Assembly (NCBI GenBank): GCA_964016885.1
Contig: OZ024740.1
Coordinates: 258,664,001-258,728,000, forward strand
Direction of reading: 5' to 3'
Source: Eledone cirrhosa
Taxonomy: Eukaryota
Length of the DNA: 64,000 bases
How positions within the stretch are numbered: the stretch's first letter is position 1; every line of letters begins with the position of its first letter. The position numbers were made by a program, and so were the translations under genes. The notes beneath the pieces were generated by a model. That model made no database searches and had not been told where the DNA came from. It saw only the letters and a list, made by a program, of their open reading frames with translations. Of this stretch, positions 11,723-26,354 are shown piece by piece.

Positions 11723-13607
11723 TTACCTTTTTGTTTCCTGGAGATCGGGTTGTTCAATCTCCATTTGGGTGCTGGATGGGGTGTTAGGTGGGGTGGGGAA
11801 ACGTTTTAACAGGACGCGGTTGATGGGTTTGTGGCAGGGGTTGCCCACGTCCTGTGAACATTTATTTTTTAGGTCTTTATAGGTTTCAATAGAAACCCTT
11901 ATAAGTTTAAGGTGTGGAGACGATTCTGCCTTGACGAAAGTTTTGCCCTCCATCTCCACCTTGGGGTTTTGGGAGATGACCTCCATCAAACTCTTGTTGT
12001 TTGTGTTGATGTATGCGTATTGTTGTTTGTGTTTTTGTTGTGATGTTTTAGTTTGATGTTCGTCCGGGAGATTTCTTTTTATGATGGGTGCTTGTGTTTG
12101 GGGTGGTGTTGGTGTTGGTTTTGCTGGTAGGGTATGTTTGACTGTGGTGTTGTTTGTGTTGTTGTTTGTGTCTGTGGTTGTGTGTTGGTGTTGGTGATTG
12201 GAGTTTTGGGGGTTTTGTGGTGTCTCTTTTTTTGTTTTTTAGATTTCCGCGGCTCTCCCTCTTCTTCACTTAAAGAAGGGGAAGTAGCTTCATCCGTCGA
12301 TGAATAATCATCGTAAAGGAGTATGGGGTAGGGGTATGTTGTGTGGAGGTGGTGTTTCGGTGTGTGTGTTTGTGGTAGTGTTTGATCGAGTGGGATGGGG
12401 TGGGGCTGTGTTCTTCAGAGGTGTTGTCTCTGTTTTTTTCTGTTGTTGGTTGAGTGGCTGTTTGTTTTGGTGTGGTTGCTCGTTTCGTCTGTCGTTGTAC
12501 TTGGGGTGTTGGAGCTTGTTTTGGTGTTGGTGTTAGTAATAGTTTGTTTTAATGATGTTGTTGTGGTGTGCTTGTGAAGGACAGGAAGCTTTTAGGTGTG
12601 CTGTGCTACCACAGCGAAAGCAATGAATTGTTCGTCCTTATACCGAAATGTTTATTTTGTTGTCGTCGGTGACGACTTTTTCGGGTACTTTGGAGATTCT
12701 CTCCGGCCTCATTTGCAACAGAATCTCCAAATCAGTACCCGCCCACCTTTGTCGAATAGACTTTCGTATCGAAAGAATCATATCAGTTTTTGGCTCTACG
12801 AAGCCAGCCAAGATCCACCAGATGTTAATGTTTGGGGGTATATATATATATTTTTTTTGTGTCCTTTTTCCCATGTATGTAGAGAAAAAGGTGAATGCTT
12901 TTGACACTATTGGTGTCACAGAATGTTTTTGGGCGAGTGCCTCGCTTCTAAACAGTACGGAAACAGTTCCGTACTGTTTTCCTCGTTGGAGAAAGTCGAT
13001 ATTTGCTAGAATTTCATTGAAAGTAGCTTCTATATCTGTTTGACTAACAAATATCGGCTTTCTCGTGGTATTGAATACAGTCCTAAAGGTCACTGTCCTT
13101 CGAACTGTGTCTTCTTTTATTTCAAGGGGTGAGTTAATTCTAAACCCACCCTTCTCTTCGAAAGTTACAAATGGAGCATATCTCTTTGCATTGGAGATGT
13201 CAAGATTTATAAAATCTTGTTTTTTGTTCACTGCTTCAGCGAAAAACATTTTTTTGTGTGGTGTTGCTGTTGTTTTTGTTGTTGTTGTCATCGTTGTTAG
13301 CCTCGGTATTGGAAATCTCAGTTGCTTGACGAGGTGAAACTTTATGTGTAGATGTATCTGTGGAGTTGTTGATGTTGACTTTTTCATGTGTATGTATGTT
13401 AATGGGTTTAATTCCTGAGTTTTAATTTCTCTCCGCTTCGACGGTAGAAATTGTACAATCTTCAAGTGGCAATATTTGTTTCCCCTTGTTGACAGTTGTA
13501 TCTATGGCGACGTCCATAGTAGCAGAAGCAGATATACCGTTAAAATCTGCCTCTTTCTCTCTCTTTTCTCTGTCGACGTCTTCCAGCGTTCTTGTCGTGT
13601 TATTCAT
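11723..13607 (-). pseudogene. LINE ORF1 (gag-like), frameshifted
   Basis: ORF pieces at 13422-13607, 12638-13465 and 11723-11989. Zinc knuckle CFRCGSTAHLKASC at about 12580-12621. Low-complexity T/P/K-rich C-terminal part. Confidence 0.75.
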
Positions 13608-13699
13608 GTTTTATAGTTGGCAAAATTTGATATTTTAAAACAATTTTTAAATTAAATTTTCGCCCCTAAATCCGACTATTCTGCAGAGGGCCAACAACC

Positions 13700-16330
13700 C
13701 GCATAGAAGAACCATCAACCTGTTACGAAACCAAACTGTGTAACATCAAAACCGACCCGTGCATGCCTCCCACCAACAGTTGATTTGCACCATAAAATTC
13801 GTGTTGAGTGACCGTTTGCTGTCATCTGTGTTCTCCACCGTTACGGGAAGATGACTTTCGTCGTTGACGGTGCCGCTGCAGACGTCGCAGAGGACACTGT
13901 CAAGGATGACTTCTACAACCAGCTTCAACAGTTTTGGGGATAAATCCTACTCCATGACATCACGATCATCCTGACGGACGCTAAAGCTACCATTTCTTGT
14001 TCCACCAGACTCACCGCAAACGACCTAATGCAGACTCAGCCCATTGGCACAAACTTCGCTGACCTAACCACTAATACCAACAGTGATCGCCAGCAGCACC
14101 TATGCTGATGCAACAATCTGTGTATAGCCGACACCTGGTTCCCCCGCAAACTTATCCACCACTGGACCTGGTATAGTTCGGACATTTAAATGCGGAAGGC
14201 AATCGACCACATCATCATATGCCGTTGCTGGATGACTATTGTCACCAACTGCCATGTCTATAGAGGAGCTCAACACGGCAATACTGATTATCGGTTGCGA
14301 CACTAAGGTTGAAGTTGCAAGCGGACCCTGACACCAAGTACTAGCTCCGCCTTAGCTCATCTTGGCTCTGCGCTCTCAACACGCCTCTACATTTGCGCGC
14401 TCTATCACCAATCGCTTCAGCGTCCTGACCGAGGATGAGACCGACAACTGGGAGATTTAAATCAAGCGTTAACCAGTCTACGCGTGGCGTCAAGAAAACT
14501 CAAGATCTTTTCCCAAACGGCCCTAGATTTCACCATAGTTCCCTAGAGGTAATTAACTGTCGCTGCAAAGCTCGCCTGTGCGGCGACATCAATGAGTACT
14601 GCCACCTCAACCGGATACGCAACAAGGCCATCACTGATGACTGGGAGAAGTCTGAGGCTGAAGAAACTAAACGCCTGGAGACAACGGCATGGTACAACAA
14701 CCTCAGCCAGGTATTCAACACATTCCGCAGAGCTCGGGGCGGTGTCCGGATCAAGATAGCCCTGGTAAAGGCTTCAAATGGCAACGTCATCACCACTGAA
14801 ACCACCTGCCTCTAACGCTGGAAGGAGCACTTTAGCCCTCTTCTGCATCACCCACCCGTCCCAATCGATCCTTTCCTAACCACCAGCGCAGACACAGCTG
14901 CAGCCAACGACTTCTGCAGACTCGATCATGTCACTCTCAATGAAGTCAGAGCCGCCCTGAAAAAGCTCAAAACCACAAAGCCCCTGGAATCTGTATTGTC
15001 ACCGCGGAGATGTTGAAGGCGGACGAAGATATTATGTAACAGTGGCTCACTCGTATCATGAACTATGTATGGATATCAGAGCGGCTCCCAACTGACTGGA
15101 TTCGAGGCATTATCCTCTCCTTTTCTGGAAATTGGAAGGGCAACAAACTCGTCTACATTTAACCACGGGGACATCACGCTTCTCTCCATGTAAAGCAAGG
15201 TCTTCACCAAGATCCTCCTCAACCGTGCTCTTCCAACCATCAGAAGCGAAAATCACCCACAACAAACCGGATTCATGATTAATCGATCCACCGTTTACCA
15301 CATGTCTACCCTTATATCGCCTTCGTCGATCTCAAGGCGACTTTTGAAACAGTCGACCAAGCATCCCTCTGGAAAATTCTCCAGTTTGTCGGCGCGCCCC
15401 CAAGATCACCACCCTGTTCTTACGGCTCTATGACAGTGTCGAGAGCTGCGTTGCAGATGAACGAGAAGGACACCGACTGGTTCCCCATCAACAGCGGGGT
15501 CAGAGAGGGTTGCGTGGCTGGCCCGGCCTCTTCAACAGTGTCATCGACTATCTGATGACCAAGATTTGCGAATTAGTTTCTGGCGTTACCTTTAGGAATT
15601 ACCATCTAAGCGGCCTGGAGTACAGCGATGACACCACCCTATTCAGCAACTCGATCAATCAGCTCAGAGAAGCATTGGTCATATACCGGGAGGAATCAGC
15701 AGAGATTGGCCTTCAGGTAAACTGGGCGAAGACAAAGCTGATGCATGTCAGTATGACCCGGATCCTCCTCCGCTTCATATTGTCCCCGACGTCATGGAGT
15801 TTGTCAGCTCCATCATTTACCTAGGCTCGACCTGACCTCGGAGATCAACTACAGATGTGGCCGGGCTGCTGGGGCCAAGCACTTCCTATGGAAGCCCATT
15901 TGACACCATTGCTCAATCTCCCAGAAGAAAAAAATCCGTATTTACAATGGCTCGGTCCTCTCCGTTCTCCTCTTTGGGCATAAAGGTGGCCCCTCACAAA
16001 AACCCTGACAAAGAGGATCGACAACTTCAATCGCAGAGCCCCAAGGAACATCAAAAACATCAGTTGTGACCACCACGTTTCCAACAAAGAGCTTCCCAAC
16101 TCCTAGCTATCCGCCGCATGCGCTGATATGGACATGTCCTGCTTGCCACCAGATCATTCTACCAGGGTCTTACTCTCGTTCTACACAGCGGCTGCCGGCT
16201 GAAAGAATCCCAGCGGCAGGCCCCACACCAGATGGCTGGATATCATCAGGGAAGATTTGATGAGGCTCGACATCACCTTGGAGGATGCATAGGGGAAGGC
16301 ACAGGACCTCAAGCTGTGGTGTTTGTCCTA
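13700..16330 (+). mobile_element. Decayed RTE-clade LINE (APE + RT), head-to-head with the Tx1-like element
   Basis: KDDFYNQL, HWTWYS...KAIDHIII, AFVDLKA.F, SGVREGC, LEYSDDT, GLQVNWAKTK and YLGS, across many frameshifts. Confidence 0.85.
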
Positions 16331-16880
16331 AATAGAAGCTAATCACATCTATGTATCGTGCTGGATTGTGCAACAGAGGTCGACTATCCCATTATTTTCC
16401 TTTTCTTTGTTTTCTTTCGTTCTTCCATATGTGCTGTTTGTTTTATCACACACATCATACCAGCAAAAACATGTATTTTTCTGTTGCGCGATCCAGCATT
16501 TTAAAATGAATTAAATCGTGCGAAACCATTTTGCTGGTTTGAGAGTTGTTAAAGGTGAAGTTGTGAGTGTGTGTGTGTGTGTGTAAACTTGTCTTGTTCA
16601 TCACATTTCTTTATTTCCTCTCTTGACCACTTCTCTGCGCGAACACACTTTGCCCTGTCCTCATCCCCCCCTTTCGATCTTTTCTATATATCATCTGTCT
16701 GTCACATACTCCTGTTGAGCCCAGGCCGCTGGAGTCTGTCGTCTGAGGCATTTTTGCTCATCACTATCTTTGATAACATTTAGCGGTTTTAACGACTGTT
16801 CGAGCGATGAGTTTTCTAATGCTTATATGTATTCAAATCCACACTCGCTTCGTCTTGATCAGAGATCACATTCTTGTTTC

Positions 16881-16935
<55 letters not shown>

Positions 16936-16941
<6 letters not shown>

Positions 16942-19240
16942 TTGCAAGGTTTTTGATATAAAATCGTGTGTCGAAACAAATATTGGTATACTTGGGGTCA
17001 TATTGTTATAATATTGCCAGAAATAATAACAGAACGCACTCACTGTTTGGTTTGGGTTGGTTTTCGCTTCTGTATCTGTTATATCTCCATAGTTAATTTA
17101 TTTGGCAATCAATGTTTATCATTGATTGACCGGTGGTTAAAAATACAGATATAAATATATATATATAGTCTATCAAAGTTCTTTCGTCGCACATCTGCGG
17201 CATCATCTGTAGTACTATTTTATTTCCTCCATTGTATTGTAATGTCTACGCCATTTTTATTTATTAATGAATGGAACAACAACAAAAACTTAACTAACTG
17301 CATAATAGGCAATATTGATGTAGTATCACTGTACCCATCCATTAACATTGATTTTGCTGTGGAAAAATGTGTGGAAATAATCAGTGAGAGCGAAGTGGAG
17401 TTCTGCGACGTCGACACAGTCGAACTGGGCTTCCTACTTAGACCTACTTATGACACCGAGTACCTAGATAATCATGACCTTAGATGTTTCTGCCCCAGTA
17501 GACTCATAAGAGGTAGACCCCCCCCCCTCCCACCATAACCTCAATGGCTAAAAAGACTCCCATGGTAAGATGGATTGGGTGGACCAAAGCCATACGGACA
17601 CCCGAAAACAATGATCAGGTGATCAATGCAATAGGGGCTAGTATTAAAACTACCCTAAAGAGCCATATGTTTAAATTCAATGAAAATATCTACACGCGGA
17701 ATGAGGAAGTAGCCATTGGCGTCGGCATAGCTGGCGATGTTTCCAATCTATTTATGGTATGGTGGGAAAGGAGACTCAGAGAACTCCTTGAAGAGAACTC
17801 TATAGACGAGGTCTATGGAGTTCTCTTCAAGGAGTTCTTTGAGTACCCTTTCAAACACCTTAACAATAGACTACCAGTATTAGACAGGGAACTCTGAATA
17901 AACACTATAGACGAGGGGGCCCAAATTCGCCACTGACACTATGCTAAACCCATGGCCTCCAAATACCTGATACTCAAAAACTCAGCAATGTCCAATAGAA
18001 CTAAGTTTAATATTCTGATCGCAGACATGGTAAGAGTGATGAAGAATGTGTCCTGCATGTGCGACCCAACTGAAATGGAAAGACACATACAAAACCTCAT
18101 CTATCGCATGCAGTTCTCTGGCTACAAGCAAAGAGATAGAATCAGAGTATACAAAGGAGCCACGGAGAAATATAAGACCCTCATAGAAATGGACATGAAA
18201 TGAATTTGCCCATTATTCAGGAGCAAATCATGGAATAGCTTAGATAGGACTAAACATAAGATAGGGAAAGCCACTTCATGGTACGACAACCAGAGATACC
18301 ATGTGTCATGTTCGTTGATGCTACCCTGGAGGGAAATTAGCTAAGCAATGTAGAAAGGCCCTAAGAAAGACCGATTAAAGTGGTAGAAAAGCCAGGAACT
18401 ACCATAAAATCTCTGATCAGCAAGACATACACTTTTAAGAAAATCCACTCTACGAATAAGAAATGTGTTATATGTAGAATGAACCCCAGATAAATTGTAA
18501 AACTAGAAATGTAGTTTATAACATAGGATGTACAGAGAGTACTTGCAGAAACATGACAACGACATATATAGATGAGACAGCTCGAAGCATAGGAGAAAGA
18601 ATAGACCAACACTGGGAGCAACTAAAAGGACAAAAAAATGGTACGCCAGACAAAGACATGACGGTAATATAGACAACATAGAAATTAAAATAATATCTAA
18701 ACATAGAAATGACTCAACATGTAGGCAAATCAGAGAAGCAACTGATATAGAACTAAGAAGACCAAAGTTAAACAGAAAAAAATGAATGGAATAACAACAA
18801 ACATACCCAAACAAACAATACGGATTTAAGGGAAATATAAATAAATATATACACAAGTACAATAACAACAAACACATATAAACACACAAATTAGTGAACA
18901 AAGATAGAATACAAAAACAAAAACACATACACTCAAACGCGAACACACACACAAAACACTCTACACACAAGCATGCGCAGAGACAGAGACAAGAAGTAAT
19001 AAATAAATAAATAAAATTAAAATGGCGTAGACATTACAATACAATATAGACTATATATATACATATATATATGTATTTCTAACCGCTGGTTACTCAATGA
19101 TAAACATTGATTGCCAGATAAATTAACTATGGAGATTATAAAAGATACAGAAGCGAAAACCAACCCAAACCAAACAGTGAGTGTGTTCTGTTATTATTTC
19201 TGGCAATATTATAACAATATGACCCTCCCCAAGTGTAACT
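16936..19240 (+). mobile_element. Penelope-like element (possibly Nematis-type RT) with C-terminal GIY-YIG and inverted 5' pseudo-LTR
   Basis: DVVSLYPSI, AIGVGIAGDVSNLFM, LPVLD, KPMAS...SAMS, YI.ETARSIGERI..H and RQIREA. 16990-17257 is an inverted copy of about 19005-19235. Confidence 0.85.
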
Positions 19241-19286
19241 ATATAAATATATATACATACATACGTTTACATATAGTTAGTTTTTA

Positions 19287-19472
19287 GTGGATTGGCAGTA
19301 TCGGTAGAGGGTCGGACGCCATGCTTTGTAGCAAAAGGTTACAGCCCTTTATGGTCTGAGGTCAAATCCCACCAGAGTTAACTTTGCCTTTCATCCTTAC
19401 GGGGTCAATAAAATAAAGTACCAGTAATACACTGGTATAATTACTGGCCTTGTGCCAAAAATAGAAACAATT
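19287..19472 (+). mobile_element. tRNA-derived SINE with Deu/Nin-like domain
   Basis: A-box-like tggcagtatcgg, B-box-like ggtcaaatccc, and gcctttcatccttacggggtcaataaaataaagtaccag. Confidence 0.8.
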
Positions 19473-19676
19473 ATATATTAATTTATATATATACATAGAT
19501 AATTCTTACATACATAAATACATACATACATACATTGTGTAATATACACACACATGAAAAGGCAGGAAATTGGGAAACATAGCCTCTTTGATATGTTTGA
19601 GTGTGGGTGTGCGAGGTTATGTAACTGCATGTGTGTATGTAATTTTGTGTGGGTGTATGCACAAATATATATATAC

Positions 19677-19755
<79 letters not shown>

Positions 19756-20758
19756 CGTATATATATATATATATATATATACGTATATATATATATATAT
19801 ATATGTGTATGTTTGTGTGTGTGTGTGTGTTTGCGTGTGTGTGTGTGTGTGCGTGCGTGCGCGTATGTGTGTGTGTATAAGAAGAAATAACAAACGAGGA
19901 AATAAGAAACACAGCAGCTACTTATATCTTCATGCCCACGTTTAGGCGAACACACATACTCTCGGTCCTCGAATAATCGCCCCACTTCCCCCACTTATTC
20001 AATTTTGAAAATCTAACTCCGGCGAAATTTTATTTTAAGTGGTAGAATTCCTGCAACAATTAATTTTCTTTAGACATTAAAAAATATTATACATGACAAA
20101 AAAAGTACAATATTAGAAATCCCATACGTCATAATATAAATAGAATGGGTTGAGGGTCTCAATATTTAATCTAAACGACTAATTCTGGTTTTTATGATAC
20201 CAATGGAGACAACCTAGAAGAATTACCAACCACCCGAGATTACACACCTACACACACCTGCATACATACACACATTCGCTAATGTGCTCACACAGGCAAA
20301 CACAGATAGACATATAGAGTGAAAGGGAGGTATATATACACTTACGATAATTAACAAAGAAAGGACAAAACAACGAACGGAAACAACAAAACGAAAAATA
20401 ATTGTTTAAGGAGAAACCTTGAAAAATTATAAATAAATATACAAACGAAGGACACAGAATTCCATGGTCATCGGCAGTTTCGACCCCCTACCAATGATAC
20501 TCCTTGTCCATCCGGGGTCACACTGACTGATAAAAGCTAAACTCTGTCGAAAGGAGTAAGAGACGAAAGACAAAACATTAATTCATATATGTATATATAT
20601 ATATATTTATATATGTGTGTATACAGAATCAGAGAGATGGGTAGATAGATAGAGGGCCTGAATTCCCTTACTGATGAAAAGAAAGATAATATTGATGGGC
20701 TATTTATATTTCATATATTTGGCAATACTATTATATATATAGATATGTGTGTATGTGT

Positions 20759-20865
<107 letters not shown>

Positions 20866-20869
20866 TTTT

Positions 20870-21310
20870 TGTATTTGCTATAAACACACACTAGTAAACT
20901 AAGATAGAATACAATAACCAAAACACAGTCACCCAAACGCGAACACACACACCAAACACTATACACACACGCAAACGCATGCGCAGAGAAGAAGACAAAA
21001 AAAAAAATAAATAAATAAATAAGCAGATAAAATAAAAATGGCGTAGATATACAATACAACAGGAGGAACATAATAGTACCACTGATGATGTTGCAGATGT
21101 GCAACAAAAGAACTCTGTTAGACTATATATATGTATTTATATCTGTATTTTTTACCGTTGGTCAGTCAGTGATAAACATTGACGACCAAATGAATTAACT
21201 ATGGAGGTATAAAAGATACAGAATCAAAAACCAACCAAACAGTGAGTGTGTTCTGTTATTATTTCTGGCAATATTATTACAATAATATGACCCTCCCCAA
21301 GTATAACAAT
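20870..21310 (+). mobile_element. Solo pseudo-LTR fragment of the 16936-19240 PLE family
   Basis: Matches 18880-19240, ending in tatgaccctccccaagt. Degenerate HHR core ctgatga tgttgca-gatg-tgcaaca. Confidence 0.8.
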
Positions 21311-21790
21311 ATATATATATATATATATTCTTTTATGTTTTGCGATGACCTCCCCTTCCCGCTTGGTGACGGTGTGAGATTTCTCATTGTGAGACTGCTG
21401 GAATTTCAAATTTGGCGGTCATTCTAGCACGGAAGGGTACCATCGCTGAATATTAATATCGGTAAGGTTTTTTTTTATATCGATATTGTAGGGCATCCAC
21501 TGATGATTTATAAGTGCCCACCTACATATATTCCTATGGACTATGTGTAGGCTTCTACATAACCTGGGCATTATTTTCCCAATTTGTAGAAAACTTATAA
21601 TGAAACGATCGTTTGGAAAGAGAGATGTATTTAATTGTGTCTCATATAAAATAATACAACTGGCTATCCGAAAAATACGTATAGTTAGCACCCCAAACGT
21701 ATAATTGGGATTATACTAAGGTATATCCTAATGTTTGTTGAGTGAGACGGAAGCCGGTCGGAGTATTGCTTAAAGCTTTCTCTGTTAATG

Positions 21791-21874
<84 letters not shown>

Positions 21875-21899
21875 ATATTAGTAATAATAATAAATTTGA

Positions 21900-22222
<323 letters not shown>

Positions 22223-22307
22223 GGGGATTGGGAACATTATGAATGACATACATATGTGTGTGTGTGTGTAGTATATATGTACATTCATTTGCATACATAG
22301 ACACATA

Positions 22308-23580
22308 GTGGAAAGCCTACTCGTGTTCGAGGATGGCCAATTCTTAGAACGATAAAAATGCCATAGACAACTCCAAAAACATGTTATTTATGTTGCTGTT
22401 GTTGATGCTGCTTTGGATTGCTCAACTCAGGAAGTGACCAACATGCCATACCACACAGTGTGTAGTTAAATCTCCCACCTGCTTGTGTCTGGTTGGTATG
22501 GCACGCCGTGTGGTGCTGTGTAAGCCCACTTTAGAGTGACACATTTTGTTGCAGAAGCCACATGCAAAATCAAGGTGTATGGGTACTGAAAGGTGTTATT
22601 GCCATGAGTATGACGTCTGCTATGGCTCAGTAGCCCAGCCTTTGACATACATACATGTCCACATTCCCCACTAGTAAGACTTTCTTTCGTTCCTCCTTCT
22701 GGGAGTGGACTAGTATCTCCCATATATTTAGCTACTTGCTTCACTTCGGCATAGTCCCTATGCTTCTTTTAAAATTCCTCAACACCAGCAGTAATGAGAT
22801 TTCGCAACTGGGCTTTATGGGTTGCAAGATTTTCCCATATTTCCGTATTGAAGTTGACTTTCTTCAAAGTATCTTTCAGGTAATCTTTGAAGCGCTCCTG
22901 TGGTTTGCACCGAAAGCATTTACCTTGCAACAGTTCAACATACAAAACTGGCTTGAGGATTCTGCTGTCATTTAAGCGTACTATATGACCTGTCCACCGA
23001 AAACGTTTCATGATCATGCTTTTGCTGTAGTACATCAGGCTCGTTGCAGTACATCAGTGTCTAGCGTATGGCATCAATGAGATCTTGAGGAAGAGCACAA
23101 GCATTGTTGGAGAAAACGTTCGAGGCGCTGGATATCCTTCATATCCATAGAACAAAACTGTAAGCACATATGCTTGATACACTGATATCTGAGTGCGACT
23201 ACAGGCGCTTCTCTAGCTTACCAAAATCATCGGTGGCTTTAGACAGTCGGTATCTTACCTCTTCATCAAGGGTGATTGTGCTGGAGAGAGTACTACCCAG
23301 GTAGACAAACTTATCCACAACCTTCAATATTTTCCATTTGACAGATGTAGATGGTGGAATATATGGATTTCCGAATGCATGCTGGTACATCACTACTGTT
23401 TTTTCAGGCTGATTGTCAGCTCAAATTCATCAGATGCTGCTGGGAAGCAATCCATCAGGAGTTGAAGGTCTTCTGTGTGGCTAACAAGATCACAATCGTC
23501 TGCATAAAGAAGATCACGCATCAGTGTGATATATGTTTTTGATGTAGCGAAGAATCGGCGAATGTCAAAAAGCCTTCCTA
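22308..23580 (-). mobile_element. 5'-truncated RTE/BovB-like LINE (RT C-terminus, C2H2-like fingers, 3' hairpin)
   Basis: [38 protein letters not shown] and CGHVCMSKAGLLSHSRRH. Confidence 0.9.
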
Positions 23581-23696
23581 TATACATACATCATACATAC
23601 ATTCATACATACATTCATACATACATTCATACATACATACGCACATACATACATATATACATACATGTATACACAAATACGCACAAACATACATAC

Positions 23697-23727
<31 letters not shown>

Positions 23728-25867
23728 CATACATGATTAAAACTGTATTTGGCTATATATATATATATATATATATATATGCGTATGACAGAGTATTTGA
23801 ATGCATGTGGATATCTATAATTTATATAATCATAATTCTGTAATTTATACGACATATAATTATGAAATTATTATAAAGCGCTTCTCTGCACTCAGATCTC
23901 CTTCGTTTATTGCACAAACATTATTTGACAGTTATGCATATCCTGCAGAAAAAATGGATGACCTTGAATACATCCTGCAATGAGGTTATGGTGACCGAGT
24001 GTTAATCAGTTTGTACGTTAAATGTATATCTGAAGTAAACGTATTCTTGACACTACAGCTATATCACATATAAACCAGAGTTTACACGTTGTCGGATTTG
24101 TCAGAAATAGCGAACAAAATTTTGATGCAACGTGCTGCCACTCGTTCTTCGCATCCAACCTTGTCGTTTCGGCCACCAACTTAGGATTCACTGCCCACAG
24201 TGCAGAAGAGAGAAAGATAGTTAAATACCGGGGCCTGACCGAACATTTCTTTGCATCGGCCTCCGTCGATACCTCTGTTATCCTTGGTCTCCGCACAGCA
24301 GATTTCTTCCGTATAATCGGAAAGTCAGTGATCCGCTAGAAGAATAAGTCCCGTGAGATAGTATGGCTGCTACAGCGGCTGTCTTTGACCATCCTCCGCT
24401 GTAACGCCATAGCCATTTCTTTTCCGCAGGGCGCGGCTGAGGCATCGTTTAGACTAGGGTGTAGTGTCCGTCCCTTCCCTCTCTGTTTCTTTCGTTGCTT
24501 GATGTTTTCTTCTTTACATTTCCTTTTTTTCTTTTTTGTTCCCTTTAACAGTGTTTTATTTTGTAAAATAAAGGAAAAGAAACTTCTAGCCCCTACATTA
24601 TGGTCTAACTTTATAAATATGTAGAAAATGTAAAAAGACAAGAAACAGTGTAGAAAGTTGGTTCCCTTCCAGCGCTGAATTCAACTAATAGTATGGAAGG
24701 AGAAGTTGGTAAATCATCCTAATTTAACTTTCCTTAGAATTACTTACTTGTACATGTACTTGCGGCGGCATTCACCCGGGGTAGGTTGAGCCGATTCCAC
24801 CGAAGGAATTCCCGATGTAAGTTCATTTCAATGTAGTTTATTCAGGCAATTAGTTTCACAAGCGGTGCCCAACCGCAAGTATATACACTTTAGGATAGTG
24901 CAGCAGTTATAGTACTGAGGTCTCACTTTCACATCCAACCCCATTTTGTAGAGCCAGTACCGCAATGGCGACGCATGGGAGGGAGTTTGGCCGGCAGAGG
25001 TGATATACACAATTTATTTGAGCCATTTTGTAGGCCAGCAGGAGCTTACCTCACTGCCCAGCTCAGACTACCAAACCTCGGGCCTTTAGAATTACAATGT
25101 GATGCTTAGAAGGAAACATAAGCTTAAGTAAATTCATTCCACTATAAATGAAATTTAAGGGTCCGTTTCGTGGTCTCAGCATACAGTGAAAATTATAAAA
25201 TGAAAACAAAAATAAGGAAATTTATAGCTCACATCTAGCTGACAAAAATAAGTTGCACCTACAATTCAAATAGTCAGCCTTGTCATAGATTGTGCCATGG
25301 TGAATCTCTCTTAGGTTGACCTTTTTTGAATCCAACACTTGTTCTGCAATATAAAACTGCTTATTAAAAGGTGTTTATATTTACATAAAATACCTCTCAT
25401 CTTAATGTTATGTAAGAAAAAGTGTCACCTTATGTTCCAAACACCAGCTTAACGAGAAAGTTAAGTATATGTCCTAAGTCCCATTAAATCCTATTAAATA
25501 AATTTTAAAATCATTAGAAAATCATCGACAAAGTCTTTTATTAGAGATATGCTAACGGAAATGTTAAAAATATACATGTTTGTGGAATGCTCAGCTACTC
25601 GCAAGTTAATTTCACGTGCAGACTTTTCTGTTAATCTAATATCTGGAGCACTTGTCGTCGGATCTGATGGAGCCCCATCAAATTTGTTTGTAGTAAAAAT
25701 TGAAGAGAGAGAACATATAGAAGCGATATTTCTTTATCAACCAGAATTTTCAATGGGGTGATCAGAATGTGCGTTAAGTTATTACTAATCTGATGAACTG
25801 ATAATCTTGTGATCCGTGGAACACACCAAGTCCTTATGATTTCAATATATCTCTGCACACACACACA

Positions 25868-25935
<68 letters not shown>

Positions 25936-26027
25936 ATCTCTCTCTCTCTATCTCTCTCTCTCTCTCTCTCCCTCCCTCTATCTAGCTATCTGTCTATCTC
26001 TTTATCTATCTATCTATCAATCTAACT

Positions 26028-26354
26028 GATTCTTTTTTTCAAATACCACTTTGGAAGAAGTATCAGGATGGAGAGAGAGGTGCTGTACCCCAGCAAGTTT
26101 TATGAAAGGTGGGTGAAAGTGGCGAGAATGGCCCAAGTGAATGGGCCTTCTCTCTATATCAGCCTGTAGGATGAGGGTTTCACATTTTTTCGGAGGTATG
26201 TGTTACCCATATAAACTGTCTCCCCCTATTGGGGAAAATCGACTAACTTTCTTAATTGCATTTGTGATAACGTTTTACACGTTTTTATTGTATGTAAACT
26301 TCAACCTTTATATTTGTCCCCTTCTTTTGTGCCCCTGTGGCTAATAAATAAACA
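26028..26354 (+). mobile_element. 327-bp 3' fragment of the Tx1-like LINE with a 17-bp TSD
   Basis: Encodes ILFFKYHFGRSIRMEREVLYPSKFYERWVKVARMAQV...ISL*, matching ORF 8316..8537. TSD tatctatcaatctaact at 26011-26027 and 26355-26371. Confidence 0.9.

Larger units (their letters stand above)
8098..13680 (-). mobile_element. Near full-length decayed Tx1/L1-clade non-LTR retrotransposon (ORF1 + ORF2)
   Basis: ORF1 has a CCHC knuckle. ORF2 has APE, RT and C-terminal CCHC domains. The 3'UTR has AATAAA followed by (ATCT)n. The 5' end is approximate. Confidence 0.92.
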
